A stretch of 64,000 nucleotides of DNA, from contig JAJZYR010000003.1 in NCBI GenBank assembly GCA_021797995.1, positions 8,798-72,797 of the forward strand. Direction: 5' to 3'. Source of the DNA: Candidatus Micrarchaeota archaeon (lineage in GTDB: Archaea > Micrarchaeota > Micrarchaeia > Micrarchaeales > CABMGC01). Of the stretch, positions 55,653 to 63,944 are shown one piece after another. Both the position numbers and the translations under genes were made by a program. The number at the start of each line of letters is the position of its first letter. The stretch's first letter is position 1. The notes beneath the pieces were generated by a model. The model had not been told where the DNA came from, searched no databases, and was given only the letters and a program-made list of their open reading frames with translations.

Positions 55653-57293
55653 TCACCCATGCACGCCGGTCTTCCCGTCCAGCTCGGCAAGCTTTCTGTC
55701 TATCCTCCTCTCGCTGTCGAGCCTTGCGAGAGCGTAGTCGTTCATATCTACCTGCATGAATTCGGCAAGCACGGGATGCACCTTCTCTATCATCCTCTTC
55801 ATGTTCTGCGCTATCTTCCTATAGTCCGGGTGCCCCTGCTTCGTGGACCTTAGCTCAGCCAGGTGGTATACCTCCCTGAGATTCATCTTCATGTACCAGC
55901 GCATGTGGTAGGAGCGCGGGACTACGTACTGCGCCTCGATAGGCATTTCCACAGCAATCTCCCTGTGGACTTCGGCAACTTCCTCCATCAGCCTTGCGTA
56001 TTCTCTGTCCAAGCCCAGCGCCACAAGCTCCTCTGGCACATCGTATCCAAGCGACGTCCCGAGCACCTGGCGCTCGAGTGTAAGCATCCTGTGCCTGTGC
56101 AAGTCCCTGAATATTCCGTAGTTGGCGCACAGCTCGAACGTGTAGTATGCGCTTTCAAGTGCCCTGCCAGGCTTGTCCCTCCTGTTCCTCCTGTTTGAGA
56201 GATAAGCTTTCACAAGCTCTTTCCTCTGTTCTGGCGCCATCGCCACGACTGCGCCCCGCAGGCTGTTCAAGTCAAGGTTTGAATAAGGGTACAGCATCGA
56301 TGCCAGCACCTTCGCCTCCGCATCCCTGTCATAGTCAACAAGCTCAAGGTAAGGCCCCGCCCTGCCGCCAGCGCCCCCCTGCTTCATGTTCCGCGAGTAA
56401 AAGCCGCCCATTGTCTCCCTCGTCTTTGTTATGTATTCGGAGAGCTGGGATCTCTTGACAAAAGACGGGATTACCAGGGAGAGCTCCGCATGGAGCCTTC
56501 CGGCGAGGTCAACGCCCTCGGCAAGGTTGGACGAATAAAGCCGCGTCAGCAGGTACTCATACGCGCGCCCGTTGCCGAACAAGCCTATATTAGTGAGCCT
56601 CCCTGCGGTAAGCAGGTTCTTCAGCACGTCGCATGCCTTTGCGCGCATTGCATTCTCATAAGCCCTTTCGGTGGTATCGCCGCTTCTCGGGTTATTCTCC
56701 TTTGCATAGGAGATGACGACAGGCAGCCATCTGCTGTACTCGTCAAAAAGCAGGTCCATGGTCCTTTCATACGCATCCCCAAACCTTGATTCCATGAGCT
56801 TCGGGGACCTGAACCAGAGATACTTTCCGTCTACCTTCTTATCAAAAGGTATGTACCTTGCCGACTTCTCCAGGTACGAGAAGCCGATTCTCGAGTCGGT
56901 GATGAGGTCGGCTGCGAGGCTCGATATATTCTCGCAGGCCGCATGCGATCCTGCAAGTTCAGCAACTGAATCATCACCGTATCCGACGAGCACCCGCTGG
57001 TAAAAGTCCTCGGCCCGGCCTATTGCAAGGTTCGCCTCGATCCCCTTCGAGGGCATGTTGCCCTCAATCGCCTCCATTACCTCCTTATTGGGGATGAATT
57101 CATCAAGCAGGAGGCGGCGGGCGCTCTTCTCCGACCTGCTGTACCTCGAAAAGAGGGTGCCCTTTACGACTTCAGGCATGTTGATTAGGGCGAAGACATG
57201 CCTGTCCACATTTGTAAAAAAGGGTCTGACAAGTTCCTTCTCCCTCTCGTCAAGGCCTATCGGGAAGGTATAGCTGCCAGGCATAGGAAACAA
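55653..57293 (-). CDS. thyX: FAD-dependent thymidylate synthase ThyX, double-length form
   Basis: 546 aa. A ThyX signature (FRDLHRHRMLTLERQ, i.e. RHRxxT) sits in the C-terminal half, and a ThyX-like helical region lies in the N-terminal half. Confidence 0.75.
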   Translation of the reverse strand: MFPMPGSYTFPIGLDEREKELVRPFFTNVDRHVFALINMPEVVKGTLFSRYSRSEKSARRLLLDEFIPNKEVMEAIEGNMPSKGIEANLAIGRAEDFYQRVLVGYGDDSVAELAGSHAACENISSLAADLITDSRIGFSYLEKSARYIPFDKKVDGKYLWFRSPKLMESRFGDAYERTMDLLFDEYSRWLPVVISYAKENNPRSGDTTERAYENAMRAKACDVLKNLLTAGRLTNIGLFGNGRAYEYLLTRLYSSNLAEGVDLAGRLHAELSLVIPSFVKRSQLSEYITKTRETMGGFYSRNMKQGGAGGRAGPYLELVDYDRDAEAKVLASMLYPYSNLDLNSLRGAVVAMAPEQRKELVKAYLSNRRNRRDKPGRALESAYYTFELCANYGIFRDLHRHRMLTLERQVLGTSLGYDVPEELVALGLDREYARLMEEVAEVHREIAVEMPIEAQYVVPRSYHMRWYMKMNLREVYHLAELRSTKQGHPDYRKIAQNMKRMIEKVHPVLAEFMQVDMNDYALARLDSERRIDRKLAELDGKTGVHG

Positions 57294-57315
57294 CAGCTAT
57301 CCTTTCACTCAAAAC

Positions 57316-57324
57316 ATATAAATA
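57316..57324 (-). promoter_or_regulatory. TATA box for thyX (TATTTATAT on minus strand)
   Basis: Centre is about 27 nt upstream of the thyX ATG at 57293. Confidence 0.45.
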
Positions 57325-57545
57325 CCATTGCGGACCCGAGCGGAGAAAAAGTGCCGGATGGGCTTGCAGCCGCGCAAAACGACCCGGTATGCATGCAGCG
57401 CATTTGCCCAGGCAAGCGGGATAACCTCACACGGTGTTCCCATGGCTTGCCATAAACGCAACTAAACGCAATAGTGCCGCCTATGCGGGCAAGAATCCAT
57501 CACGTTTACGTACACGGCATCACTGGCAGGGATGCCACACGGGCC

Positions 57546-57824
57546 TTATCGCGACAGGTCGTCAGCTTCCTCCCTGCTCGCCTCCTGGGCAGAAGGTGAC
57601 GGTGAGGAGACAAGGACAACATCCCCAACATTTTTTACGTTCTTGTAAAGTATGCTCTTCTGCTTGAGGACAGACTTTGCATCGCCCTTTGCATTCTTCC
57701 AAGGTATCATAAGCAGCCTGCTTACCTCGCCCTTCTCCAAGTCCACTATTACGTCCTGTACCTCTCCGAGGTATTGGCCTCCGTCGCTGTATATATCCAT
57801 GCGGTAGATTTCCGAAATCTTCAT
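57546..57824 (-). CDS. PRC-barrel domain protein
   Basis: MKISEIYRMDIYSDGGQYLGEVQDVIVDLEKGEVSRLLM is a PRC-barrel pattern. Start chosen 33 nt downstream of the TATA (57851-57862); the ORF is open to 57872. Confidence 0.7.
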   Translation of the reverse strand: MKISEIYRMDIYSDGGQYLGEVQDVIVDLEKGEVSRLLMIPWKNAKGDAKSVLKQKSILYKNVKNVGDVVLVSSPSPSAQEASREEADDLSR

Positions 57825-57850
57825 AAGATCGCCTGCAATCATCTCTGATA

Positions 57851-57862
57851 TAAGATATAAAA
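57851..57862 (-). promoter_or_regulatory. TATA box for the PRC-barrel gene (TTTTATATCTTA on minus strand)
   Basis: Spacing to the ATG at 57824 fits a leaderless transcript. Lies 16 nt outside the left inverted repeat of the insertion. Confidence 0.4.
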
Positions 57863-57877
57863 AGCTTTGCAATAGCG

Positions 57878-57893
57878 GGGCTTTGTTAAATAA
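57878..57893. repeat. left terminal inverted repeat GGGCTTTGTTAAATAA
   Basis: Exact reverse complement of 59540-59555. Preceded by AATAGCG (57871-57877). Confidence 0.8.
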
Positions 57894-57991
57894 CTACCAT
57901 TTTGCCTGACTTCTTTAACTGTTTGCCCACTTTTTAAACAATTGGCGATCCACGGGATTGGGTTCATTACGAAAGGGAATATTCAAGAAGA

Positions 57992-58267
57992 TTAGAAATC
58001 GCCCTTGTCAAGATAAGACCAATAATCGCGAAGTCGGCTTCGGAGTTGCTCAGAAACATAAAACACATCGGGAGGCCTGTTGAGATATCTATCGTAGATA
58101 AAGTGCTGATGTTGCTGATGAAGGACATATTCAGTCTCAGCAATAGAAGAACTGCAGGTTTTTATCCGTCTTGAAGCCGATTTCGAAGATAAAGACAACC
58201 TACAAAACGGTGGAAAGGCTCTACTCTGATCAGTAGTTTCTATCGTTATACACAACATGTTTACCAT
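57992..58267 (-). CDS. hypothetical protein (91 aa) inside the insertion
   Basis: ORF only, with no recognisable motif and low GC. Confidence 0.35.
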   Translation of the reverse strand: MVNMLCITIETTDQSRAFPPFCRLSLSSKSASRRIKTCSSSIAETEYVLHQQHQHFIYDRYLNRPPDVFYVSEQLRSRLRDYWSYLDKGDF

Positions 58268-58389
58268 AATGATACGGAAGAAGGGACTGCGCGGCGAACA
58301 TTATGCGAGGGCACGCCATAAGTACTTTAAGAAGGATATAGACTCATTACTTTTGGATGTTGGATTAAGTGCCTTAGATGCATAAGCTT

Positions 58390-58926
58390 TCATCTTGTCG
58401 TATTTATTGTCAAACCAGCTATAGATTGGTAATATACTATGCTATTTCCAGCGACGCTATAAGATACCCAAATAGTTCCTTCCACATTAGTTCCTTCCAC
58501 ATGGTTTTGAGGGTTGCTTTTCAAGGTTACTCTCACACCATTTGGATTACCAGGTTGTAATTCACCAATAGATGTTACATTGATGCCACTTGCAAAGGAA
58601 GCAGGGCATAAACATTGTTGAGAGTAGTTGTTGTCGTTTATCGAAACGAATGCAACTTTAACATTAGTCCAATTAACATTAGTCCAACTCGCTCCAAGAT
58701 CTTGCATACCCCAATTTAGTGTTATGTCTCCTGTAGAAGCTGAATAACTTATATTTGAGCATACAAAACCAGCATTAGGAAGACATTGACTACTTACAGC
58801 GCTCGGCACACCAAGCAGATTAGATACAGATTTGGGAAGAGATAAATCTCCAAGGAATACCAATACTGCAAGAATAATAACCATAATTACTAAGATTGCA
58901 CCTCCTATTACTCGCATGCCTACCAT
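58390..58926 (-). CDS. pilin-like secreted protein, paralogue of 28509-29057
   Basis: N-terminal hydrophobic helix MRVIGGAILVIMVIILAVLVFLG. It shares C-x-P-x-A-x-F-x-C...G-x-[IL]-[ST]-L...Q-D-x-G-A and a C-terminal IW-x-x-Y block with the chromosomal pilin-like protein. Confidence 0.6.
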   Translation of the reverse strand: MVGMRVIGGAILVIMVIILAVLVFLGDLSLPKSVSNLLGVPSAVSSQCLPNAGFVCSNISYSASTGDITLNWGMQDLGASWTNVNWTNVKVAFVSINDNNYSQQCLCPASFASGINVTSIGELQPGNPNGVRVTLKSNPQNHVEGTNVEGTIWVSYSVAGNSIVYYQSIAGLTINTTR

Positions 58927-58986
58927 AAAATCTGCTAAACATATCTCCTGAGATATTTATTAAAGTGTTACTTCCTATACATAGTT

Positions 58987-59490
58987 ATGACGGAGCAACA
59001 ATCAACATCAAATAGTAACAAATTTTATATTCTGTTAATAGCAGGAGTGATTGTATTACTAATCGGTGTATTTGTAATGGGCTCAGATAGCTGCTTATTT
59101 ACTGGTGAAAACCCGTTTTGTAATATTCTTGGCGTAGACCCAATCCAGCTTGGATTTGTAGTGGCGTTGATTGGAACACTTATATTTTTATTATCGATAG
59201 CCAAGATATGTCTTTCACTATACCAAAACTCACAGATTAAAAATCTGTATTATATTTTACTCACAAGCATAATAGCCTTAATAGTTGGTGAAACGTTGAT
59301 ACTAATGTCAGGTTTCTCTAATACAGAAAGTGATACCCAATTGCTTGTGGCTAATCTCTTTAATATAAATGCGATAACTTCATCTTTTGAAATATATGTA
59401 GAGGGCTACGCATTTATTATAATTGGTGTGTTAGGCTTCGTTGTATCTATCATCTCTGTTTTTCTATATAAGAGAGCTGGAAAAACTTAA
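58987..59490 (+). CDS. small integral membrane protein (about 4 TM helices) inside the insertion
   Basis: 167-aa ORF with four long hydrophobic stretches, divergent from the pilin-like gene across a 60-bp AT-rich spacer. Confidence 0.5.
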   Translation: MTEQQSTSNSNKFYILLIAGVIVLLIGVFVMGSDSCLFTGENPFCNILGVDPIQLGFVVALIGTLIFLLSIAKICLSLYQNSQIKNLYYILLTSIIALIVGETLILMSGFSNTESDTQLLVANLFNINAITSSFEIYVEGYAFIIIGVLGFVVSIISVFLYKRAGKT

Positions 59491-59539
59491 TAGGGTTTCA
59501 CTTTTTAAACAAATTTTAGACTTTTTAAACAAAAGCCGC

Positions 59540-59555
59540 TTATTTAACAAAGCCC
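59540..59555. repeat. right terminal inverted repeat TTATTTAACAAAGCCC
   Basis: Exact reverse complement of 57878-57893. Followed by AATAGCG (59556-59562), and AATAGCGG recurs at 59568-59575. Confidence 0.8.
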
Positions 59556-59577
59556 AATAGCGGCCATAATAGCGGAA

Positions 59578-60753
59578 CTATGGCTGGAGCCAGTCAATCT
59601 CGTAATATTCCTGCCTGCTGTGCGGCAGCCTTATCTGCCTTATACGATAGTAAGTTACCGCCGTTTCCCTGTCCATTATGGCAAGGAGAAGGTCGAGTCT
59701 GCTCTCCCTCGCCCTCCTCAGCGCCCCTGCAAACTCCCTGCCCCCTATATACTCCTCCTCGCTGAGCGAGAGCATCGCGAAACGCGGAGGACCGCTATCA
59801 GGAGACTCCGCGTCTCCCCCCTTTCTATGGTACAGTATGTAGTCGAACCCAACATCGCGTTCGTCAGGGTCCCCAGGCACGGCAAGTATGAAGGTCTTCC
59901 GCACGGAATGCGCAACTCTTATCGCCCTGGCCCATTCGGATATCAGCAGCTTGGACTCCTTCGGGAAGACGTGTATGACGTGTTTCGAGTGGATCCAGCC
60001 TGTGCTCTCGCTCTTGAACGGCCTGGCTCCAGGGAAATAAACCCTGAAGTGGGTCCCAAACTTGAAGCCGGTCTTTATGACATAACCCTTCTCCCTCCAG
60101 TCCTTGTAGACCTGATAGAGCCTCGGGAAATCCCTCCTGCGCGCCGCAGCGTGTCTTTCAAGCTCCTTTACGGTTATGTTGTCCAGCACGAGCATTCCGT
60201 GGTCGATGAGAAACAAGGTTTCATAGACGTCGAGCTTGTTCAGCCTACCCCTCTCCGGGGCCTTGTAGGAGCCGTACTGCCCAAACCACAGCCTGTCATA
60301 GATGTCCCTGCCATGCTCGGCATCATCGATTATCGTAAGCAAGTCCGTCTTGAAGAAGACTCCGTGAAGCTTATAGTCGGGAAGCTTAAGCGAGGACACA
60401 GGGTACTCCTTTACCTGCATCCTGCCCGGCTCCGCATAGCTCGAGTCCGGGCTCTTTATAACCAGTCCGCGATCCCTCCAGTCCTTGTACGTAAAGTACC
60501 TCGACGTGAACTTTCCGGATTTCCAGAATGCCGATGCAATGTCGTTGAACGCTACCGGCTTCCCATTTGCAGTGCACTCGGCGTTCCTTACGTCCATGAG
60601 ATAAAGCGCCTCCTCGATCCCCAGGTAGAGTATGCCGTCGACCATGTTCCCGATATGGCCGCCCTTGAGCTGGTCTATTGTGGACTGGTCGTCGGAAATG
60701 ACCTCTTTTTTCGAGATAAGCTTCAGGTGCAGCATGCCATCATTTGCGCACAT
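59578..60753 (-). CDS. endA: tRNA-splicing endonuclease, three-unit single-chain form
   Basis: 391 aa. Central catalytic unit YKDWREKGYVIKTGFKFGTHFRVY...HSKHVIHV...AHSVRKTFILAV (Y/H/K triad context). An N-terminal degenerate copy (YKDWRDRGLVIKS) and an extra C-terminal about 90-aa unit are also present. Confidence 0.85.
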   Translation of the reverse strand: MCANDGMLHLKLISKKEVISDDQSTIDQLKGGHIGNMVDGILYLGIEEALYLMDVRNAECTANGKPVAFNDIASAFWKSGKFTSRYFTYKDWRDRGLVIKSPDSSYAEPGRMQVKEYPVSSLKLPDYKLHGVFFKTDLLTIIDDAEHGRDIYDRLWFGQYGSYKAPERGRLNKLDVYETLFLIDHGMLVLDNITVKELERHAAARRRDFPRLYQVYKDWREKGYVIKTGFKFGTHFRVYFPGARPFKSESTGWIHSKHVIHVFPKESKLLISEWARAIRVAHSVRKTFILAVPGDPDERDVGFDYILYHRKGGDAESPDSGPPRFAMLSLSEEEYIGGREFAGALRRARESRLDLLLAIMDRETAVTYYRIRQIRLPHSRQEYYEIDWLQP

Positions 60754-60823
60754 AGTGCATGTGTGAAAAAGAAGGGCTTCGCATGTTTAAATACGTTATT
60801 ATTGTATCTACTTCCGAGAGCGA

Positions 60824-61858
60824 ATGAAAATCAGTGCAGATCGGAAAATAACGGTTCAAAAAGCCGCGGCAGTCAATCCCAACATGCCTGGCAAGCTTGC
60901 AGAGAAGATGAGGAAGCAGGGATACCATTTCGTGGGCAGGCACTCGGCAACCAAGATATGCGCATATACGTCGTCCAGCCTGAAGAAGGATGGCACAGGG
61001 TGCTACAAAAGCAAGTTCTATGGGATAGCAAGCCACAGGTGCATACAGGCGACCCCCGCGATAGGCTGCAATCTGGCATGCTCCTTCTGCTGGAGGATAA
61101 TCCCGGAGGAGGAAGGCTTCAAATGGAACGAGATAAACGCCATGGGCGAATGGGATGACCCTGGCAGGATAGCCGAAGGGCTGATAAACGAGCATAAGCG
61201 TATAATCACAGGATACAAAGGCAATGGAGGAGTCGACATTCTGAGGTGGCACGAATCCAACGACCCGGCGCATGTGGCGCTGAGCCTCACAGGCGAGCCC
61301 CTTTTCTATCCGAGGATGGGCGAGCTGCTCCAGGAATTTCACAGGAGGGGGATAAGCACTTTCCTTGTCACTAACGGCACGATGGCAGGCGCACTCAGGA
61401 AGCTCACGGTGATGCCGACGCAGCTCTATGTCTCTGTGCAGGCGCCTAACAGGGAAATCTACGAGCGGATTACAAGGCCGAAGACCCTCAATGCATGGGA
61501 GAGCTTCCAGGAGTTTCTCGGGGTGTTCTCAAGCATGCCTACGCGCAGGGTCTTCAGGCTCACCCTGATAAAGGGGATGAATATGCTTGACGCACAAGGC
61601 TATGCCGGACTCATAAGGAAGGGGAAGCCGCACTACGTGGAGCTTAAGGGATTTGTATTTGTCGGAGGAGCAAGAGGCGCCGGCCGCCACCTCTCATACT
61701 CGCAGATGCCGTCAATGGAGGAGATAATGGCGTTCGCAGAAGAGGTGGCAAGGGAATCTGGATACATTGTTGCCGACTATCATGCTCCAAGCAACGTGGC
61801 TCTCCTGTGCGCTGACGGCAACGCCTCTGCCGAGAGGATAATCAAATTCGCCAAATGA
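60824..61858 (+). CDS. taw1: radical-SAM tRNA 4-demethylwyosine synthase (Taw1/TYW1)
   Basis: 344-aa ORF with CNLACSFCWR (CX3CX2C) and an upstream Cys cluster region (KICAYT...GCYKSKFYGI.SHRC) typical of TYW1/Taw1. Confidence 0.85.
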   Translation: MKISADRKITVQKAAAVNPNMPGKLAEKMRKQGYHFVGRHSATKICAYTSSSLKKDGTGCYKSKFYGIASHRCIQATPAIGCNLACSFCWRIIPEEEGFKWNEINAMGEWDDPGRIAEGLINEHKRIITGYKGNGGVDILRWHESNDPAHVALSLTGEPLFYPRMGELLQEFHRRGISTFLVTNGTMAGALRKLTVMPTQLYVSVQAPNREIYERITRPKTLNAWESFQEFLGVFSSMPTRRVFRLTLIKGMNMLDAQGYAGLIRKGKPHYVELKGFVFVGGARGAGRHLSYSQMPSMEEIMAFAEEVARESGYIVADYHAPSNVALLCADGNASAERIIKFAK

Positions 61859-62934
61859 CTGATCGCATGAGATGGAATAGACGAAGAAGGAAGGGTGCGG
61901 CAGGAAGAGGTGCACTGGGCATAAGCGGCATAAGCCGGATAAGAAAGGGGTCAGAATACCGGCGCAAGATGGAAAACATAAGGTTCATAATAATTGTGGT
62001 GCTTGCAGCAAGCTTTGCCGTTTTTGCTGCGATAGCCGCACTGGCAATATATAGCGAGGGCCTGGCGAAGTTCGTAGGGGGCATAGAGTCGATGAACCCG
62101 TACTACTTTCTTGCGGCGCTGGGAGTAATCTTCCTTGGCTATGTGATAAGGTTTCCAAAATGGGAGTTCTATCTGAGGAAGCTGAAGGTGAAGATTCCAA
62201 GAGCCAAGAACTTCCTCATCTATCTGTCAATGTACTCGATGGACATAACTCCGGGAAGATGGGGAAGGGCCATGGTGTCGTATACTATAAACAGGATATC
62301 AAAGGTGAGCTTCGCGCGCACCTTTCCTGCTGTGGTTGCCGATATCTTCACCGACTTCCTGGGCTTCGTGGTCGTACTGATAGTGTCAATGATATTCGTG
62401 CACAAGTTCTTTGGAATCTCGCTTATAATTACCATATTGCTAGTGATACCGTTCGTATTCGTATACATAAAGGGCCCATTCCTCTACGTAAAGAAGAGGT
62501 TCGGGCACATAAAGAGGCTTAGGAGCGTCTTTGACATAGGGAACCTCTATTTCAGGTATAATAAGATGCTGAAGGGGAGCGCCTATGCCTACTCAATGCT
62601 CTACACGATACCGGCAATGTTCTTGAACGGCCTGGCCCTCTATCTTGTCATACTCGCCTTCGGAGTCAACATGCCTCTATCGTCGCTGCCTACCGTGCTC
62701 TTCATTTTCTCATCATCACTGATACTAGGCATGATCTCTGGCCTTCCCGCAACGCTTGGGGTGACTGATGCGGCACTCATAGGATACCTGACGCTCTTCT
62801 TTCCCGCAACGATAGGCATCGGGCTGGCCTCAATCATAACCATCTTCTTCAGGATAGCAACGGTCTGGTTCGTCGAGGGATTTGGTTTCTCGGCACTGCT
62901 CTATACGATGAAGTACTGGAGCGTGGAGCAGTAA
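61855..62934 (+). CDS. multi-TM membrane protein, UPF0104/LPG-synthase-TM (flippase-like) family
   Basis: 8 or more hydrophobic helices. GLPATLGVTDAALIGYL resembles the P-x-G-x-G-v-x-E/D motif of this family. The probable real start is the Met at 61969. Confidence 0.5.
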   Translation: MTDRMRWNRRRRKGAAGRGALGISGISRIRKGSEYRRKMENIRFIIIVVLAASFAVFAAIAALAIYSEGLAKFVGGIESMNPYYFLAALGVIFLGYVIRFPKWEFYLRKLKVKIPRAKNFLIYLSMYSMDITPGRWGRAMVSYTINRISKVSFARTFPAVVADIFTDFLGFVVVLIVSMIFVHKFFGISLIITILLVIPFVFVYIKGPFLYVKKRFGHIKRLRSVFDIGNLYFRYNKMLKGSAYAYSMLYTIPAMFLNGLALYLVILAFGVNMPLSSLPTVLFIFSSSLILGMISGLPATLGVTDAALIGYLTLFFPATIGIGLASIITIFFRIATVWFVEGFGFSALLYTMKYWSVEQ

Positions 62935-63163
62935 TTGATCCCAGCAGCATCAGGCGGCGCCTGTTCCTGGATCGTAAAAGGCAGGCGAGTTGCAGCATAA
63001 CTAAGCGGATCGGTACGTGAGGTGCGGGAACTGGAAAGCCGGCCCCTGCTGCAGCGACGCAGAGGCAGCAGATTCTCGGATTATGCAGCACACAGGCTGG
63101 GCAGGTACGGTGATGGATAGCAGGCCCGTGCGAGGCTGCAATGATGCGGCAGCGTGCGGTGGC

Positions 63164-63943
63164 CTAATGACCTGCAGCGTACTTCTTCAGCGATTCCTCC
63201 TCTGCGAAGGTCAAGACCGAGGGAATTATCAGCGTCAGTATCTTGCCGCCAAATCTCGATGAGACCCTGCTTACCTCTCCAAGGCTGATATACGCTATCT
63301 CCTGGCTCTCCCTGCCGATATCCCCCATTACCAGTAGCCTGAGCCCGTCGTCCACGATGCCATACCCCTTCTCGCTCTCTGCGGCCCTCAGCAGCTCTGC
63401 AGCCTCTTCAAGGCTCATGGGCAGTTTTCCATTATCGGCACCGAGATCCAGAAGCACGAGTGAGTGTTCACTGTTCTTGAGGTTCTTGTTGATGTAATCA
63501 AGGAACGAGGTCGGCCTGTAGTTCTTGGACCAGAACGCAATCGTCACTATCATTCCGAACTTATACACGTCAAGCCCGCTCTCGCCTATGGCCGCAGACA
63601 GGACCGATGGCGCATGGTATATCCTGAACGGTATTCCCATCTTCCTGGCGGTATTAAGCAGGGTCGAATGATGCGTTGTTGCAATAAGCGGATCTCCTGG
63701 AACGAGCACGGCGAGGTCTGTTACCCTCGCTGCCTCGAGCGTTGGCCTGGCGTTCTCCTCGGCATCAGACCTGCCTATAATCCTTATGTCCTTTCCGCTC
63801 TCCGCTTTCAGGTACGTTATGTACGCATCTGGGATGAAGGCAGTGTACTGCTCCAGGAGCACCGTATCCGCCTTCTTCAGCGCCTCGAGGGCATTTACCG
63901 ATATGTCCTTCGTGTCAAGCCCAAGCCCTATGAGTAGGAGCAT
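63164..63943 (-). CDS. dph5: diphthine synthase
   Basis: 259-aa ORF with MLLLIGLGL...ISVNALEALKKADTVLLEQYT and VLVPGDPLIATTH, a tetrapyrrole-methylase-fold Dph5 pattern. Confidence 0.9.
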   Translation of the reverse strand: MLLLIGLGLDTKDISVNALEALKKADTVLLEQYTAFIPDAYITYLKAESGKDIRIIGRSDAEENARPTLEAARVTDLAVLVPGDPLIATTHHSTLLNTARKMGIPFRIYHAPSVLSAAIGESGLDVYKFGMIVTIAFWSKNYRPTSFLDYINKNLKNSEHSLVLLDLGADNGKLPMSLEEAAELLRAAESEKGYGIVDDGLRLLVMGDIGRESQEIAYISLGEVSRVSSRFGGKILTLIIPSVLTFAEEESLKKYAAGH

Positions 63944-63944
63944 C

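Larger units (their letters stand above)
57878..59555. mobile_element. 1,678-bp AT-rich insertion with perfect 16-bp terminal inverted repeats and flanking 7-8-bp direct repeat; no transposase (non-autonomous cargo element)
   Basis: Left junction: AATAGCG|GGGCTTTGTTAAATAA. Right junction: TTATTTAACAAAGCCC|AATAGCG. The composition change is obvious by eye. Carries three ORFs (unknown, pilin-like, 4-TM). Confidence 0.7.

Noticed and set aside
62935-63163. 229-bp GC-rich gap with an imperfect hairpin (GATCCcAG...CTGGATC) and repeated GCAGC strings, as a possible ncRNA.
   Set aside because: It lies between convergent genes, so terminator/3' UTR sequence is the simplest explanation. No defined motif was recognised.
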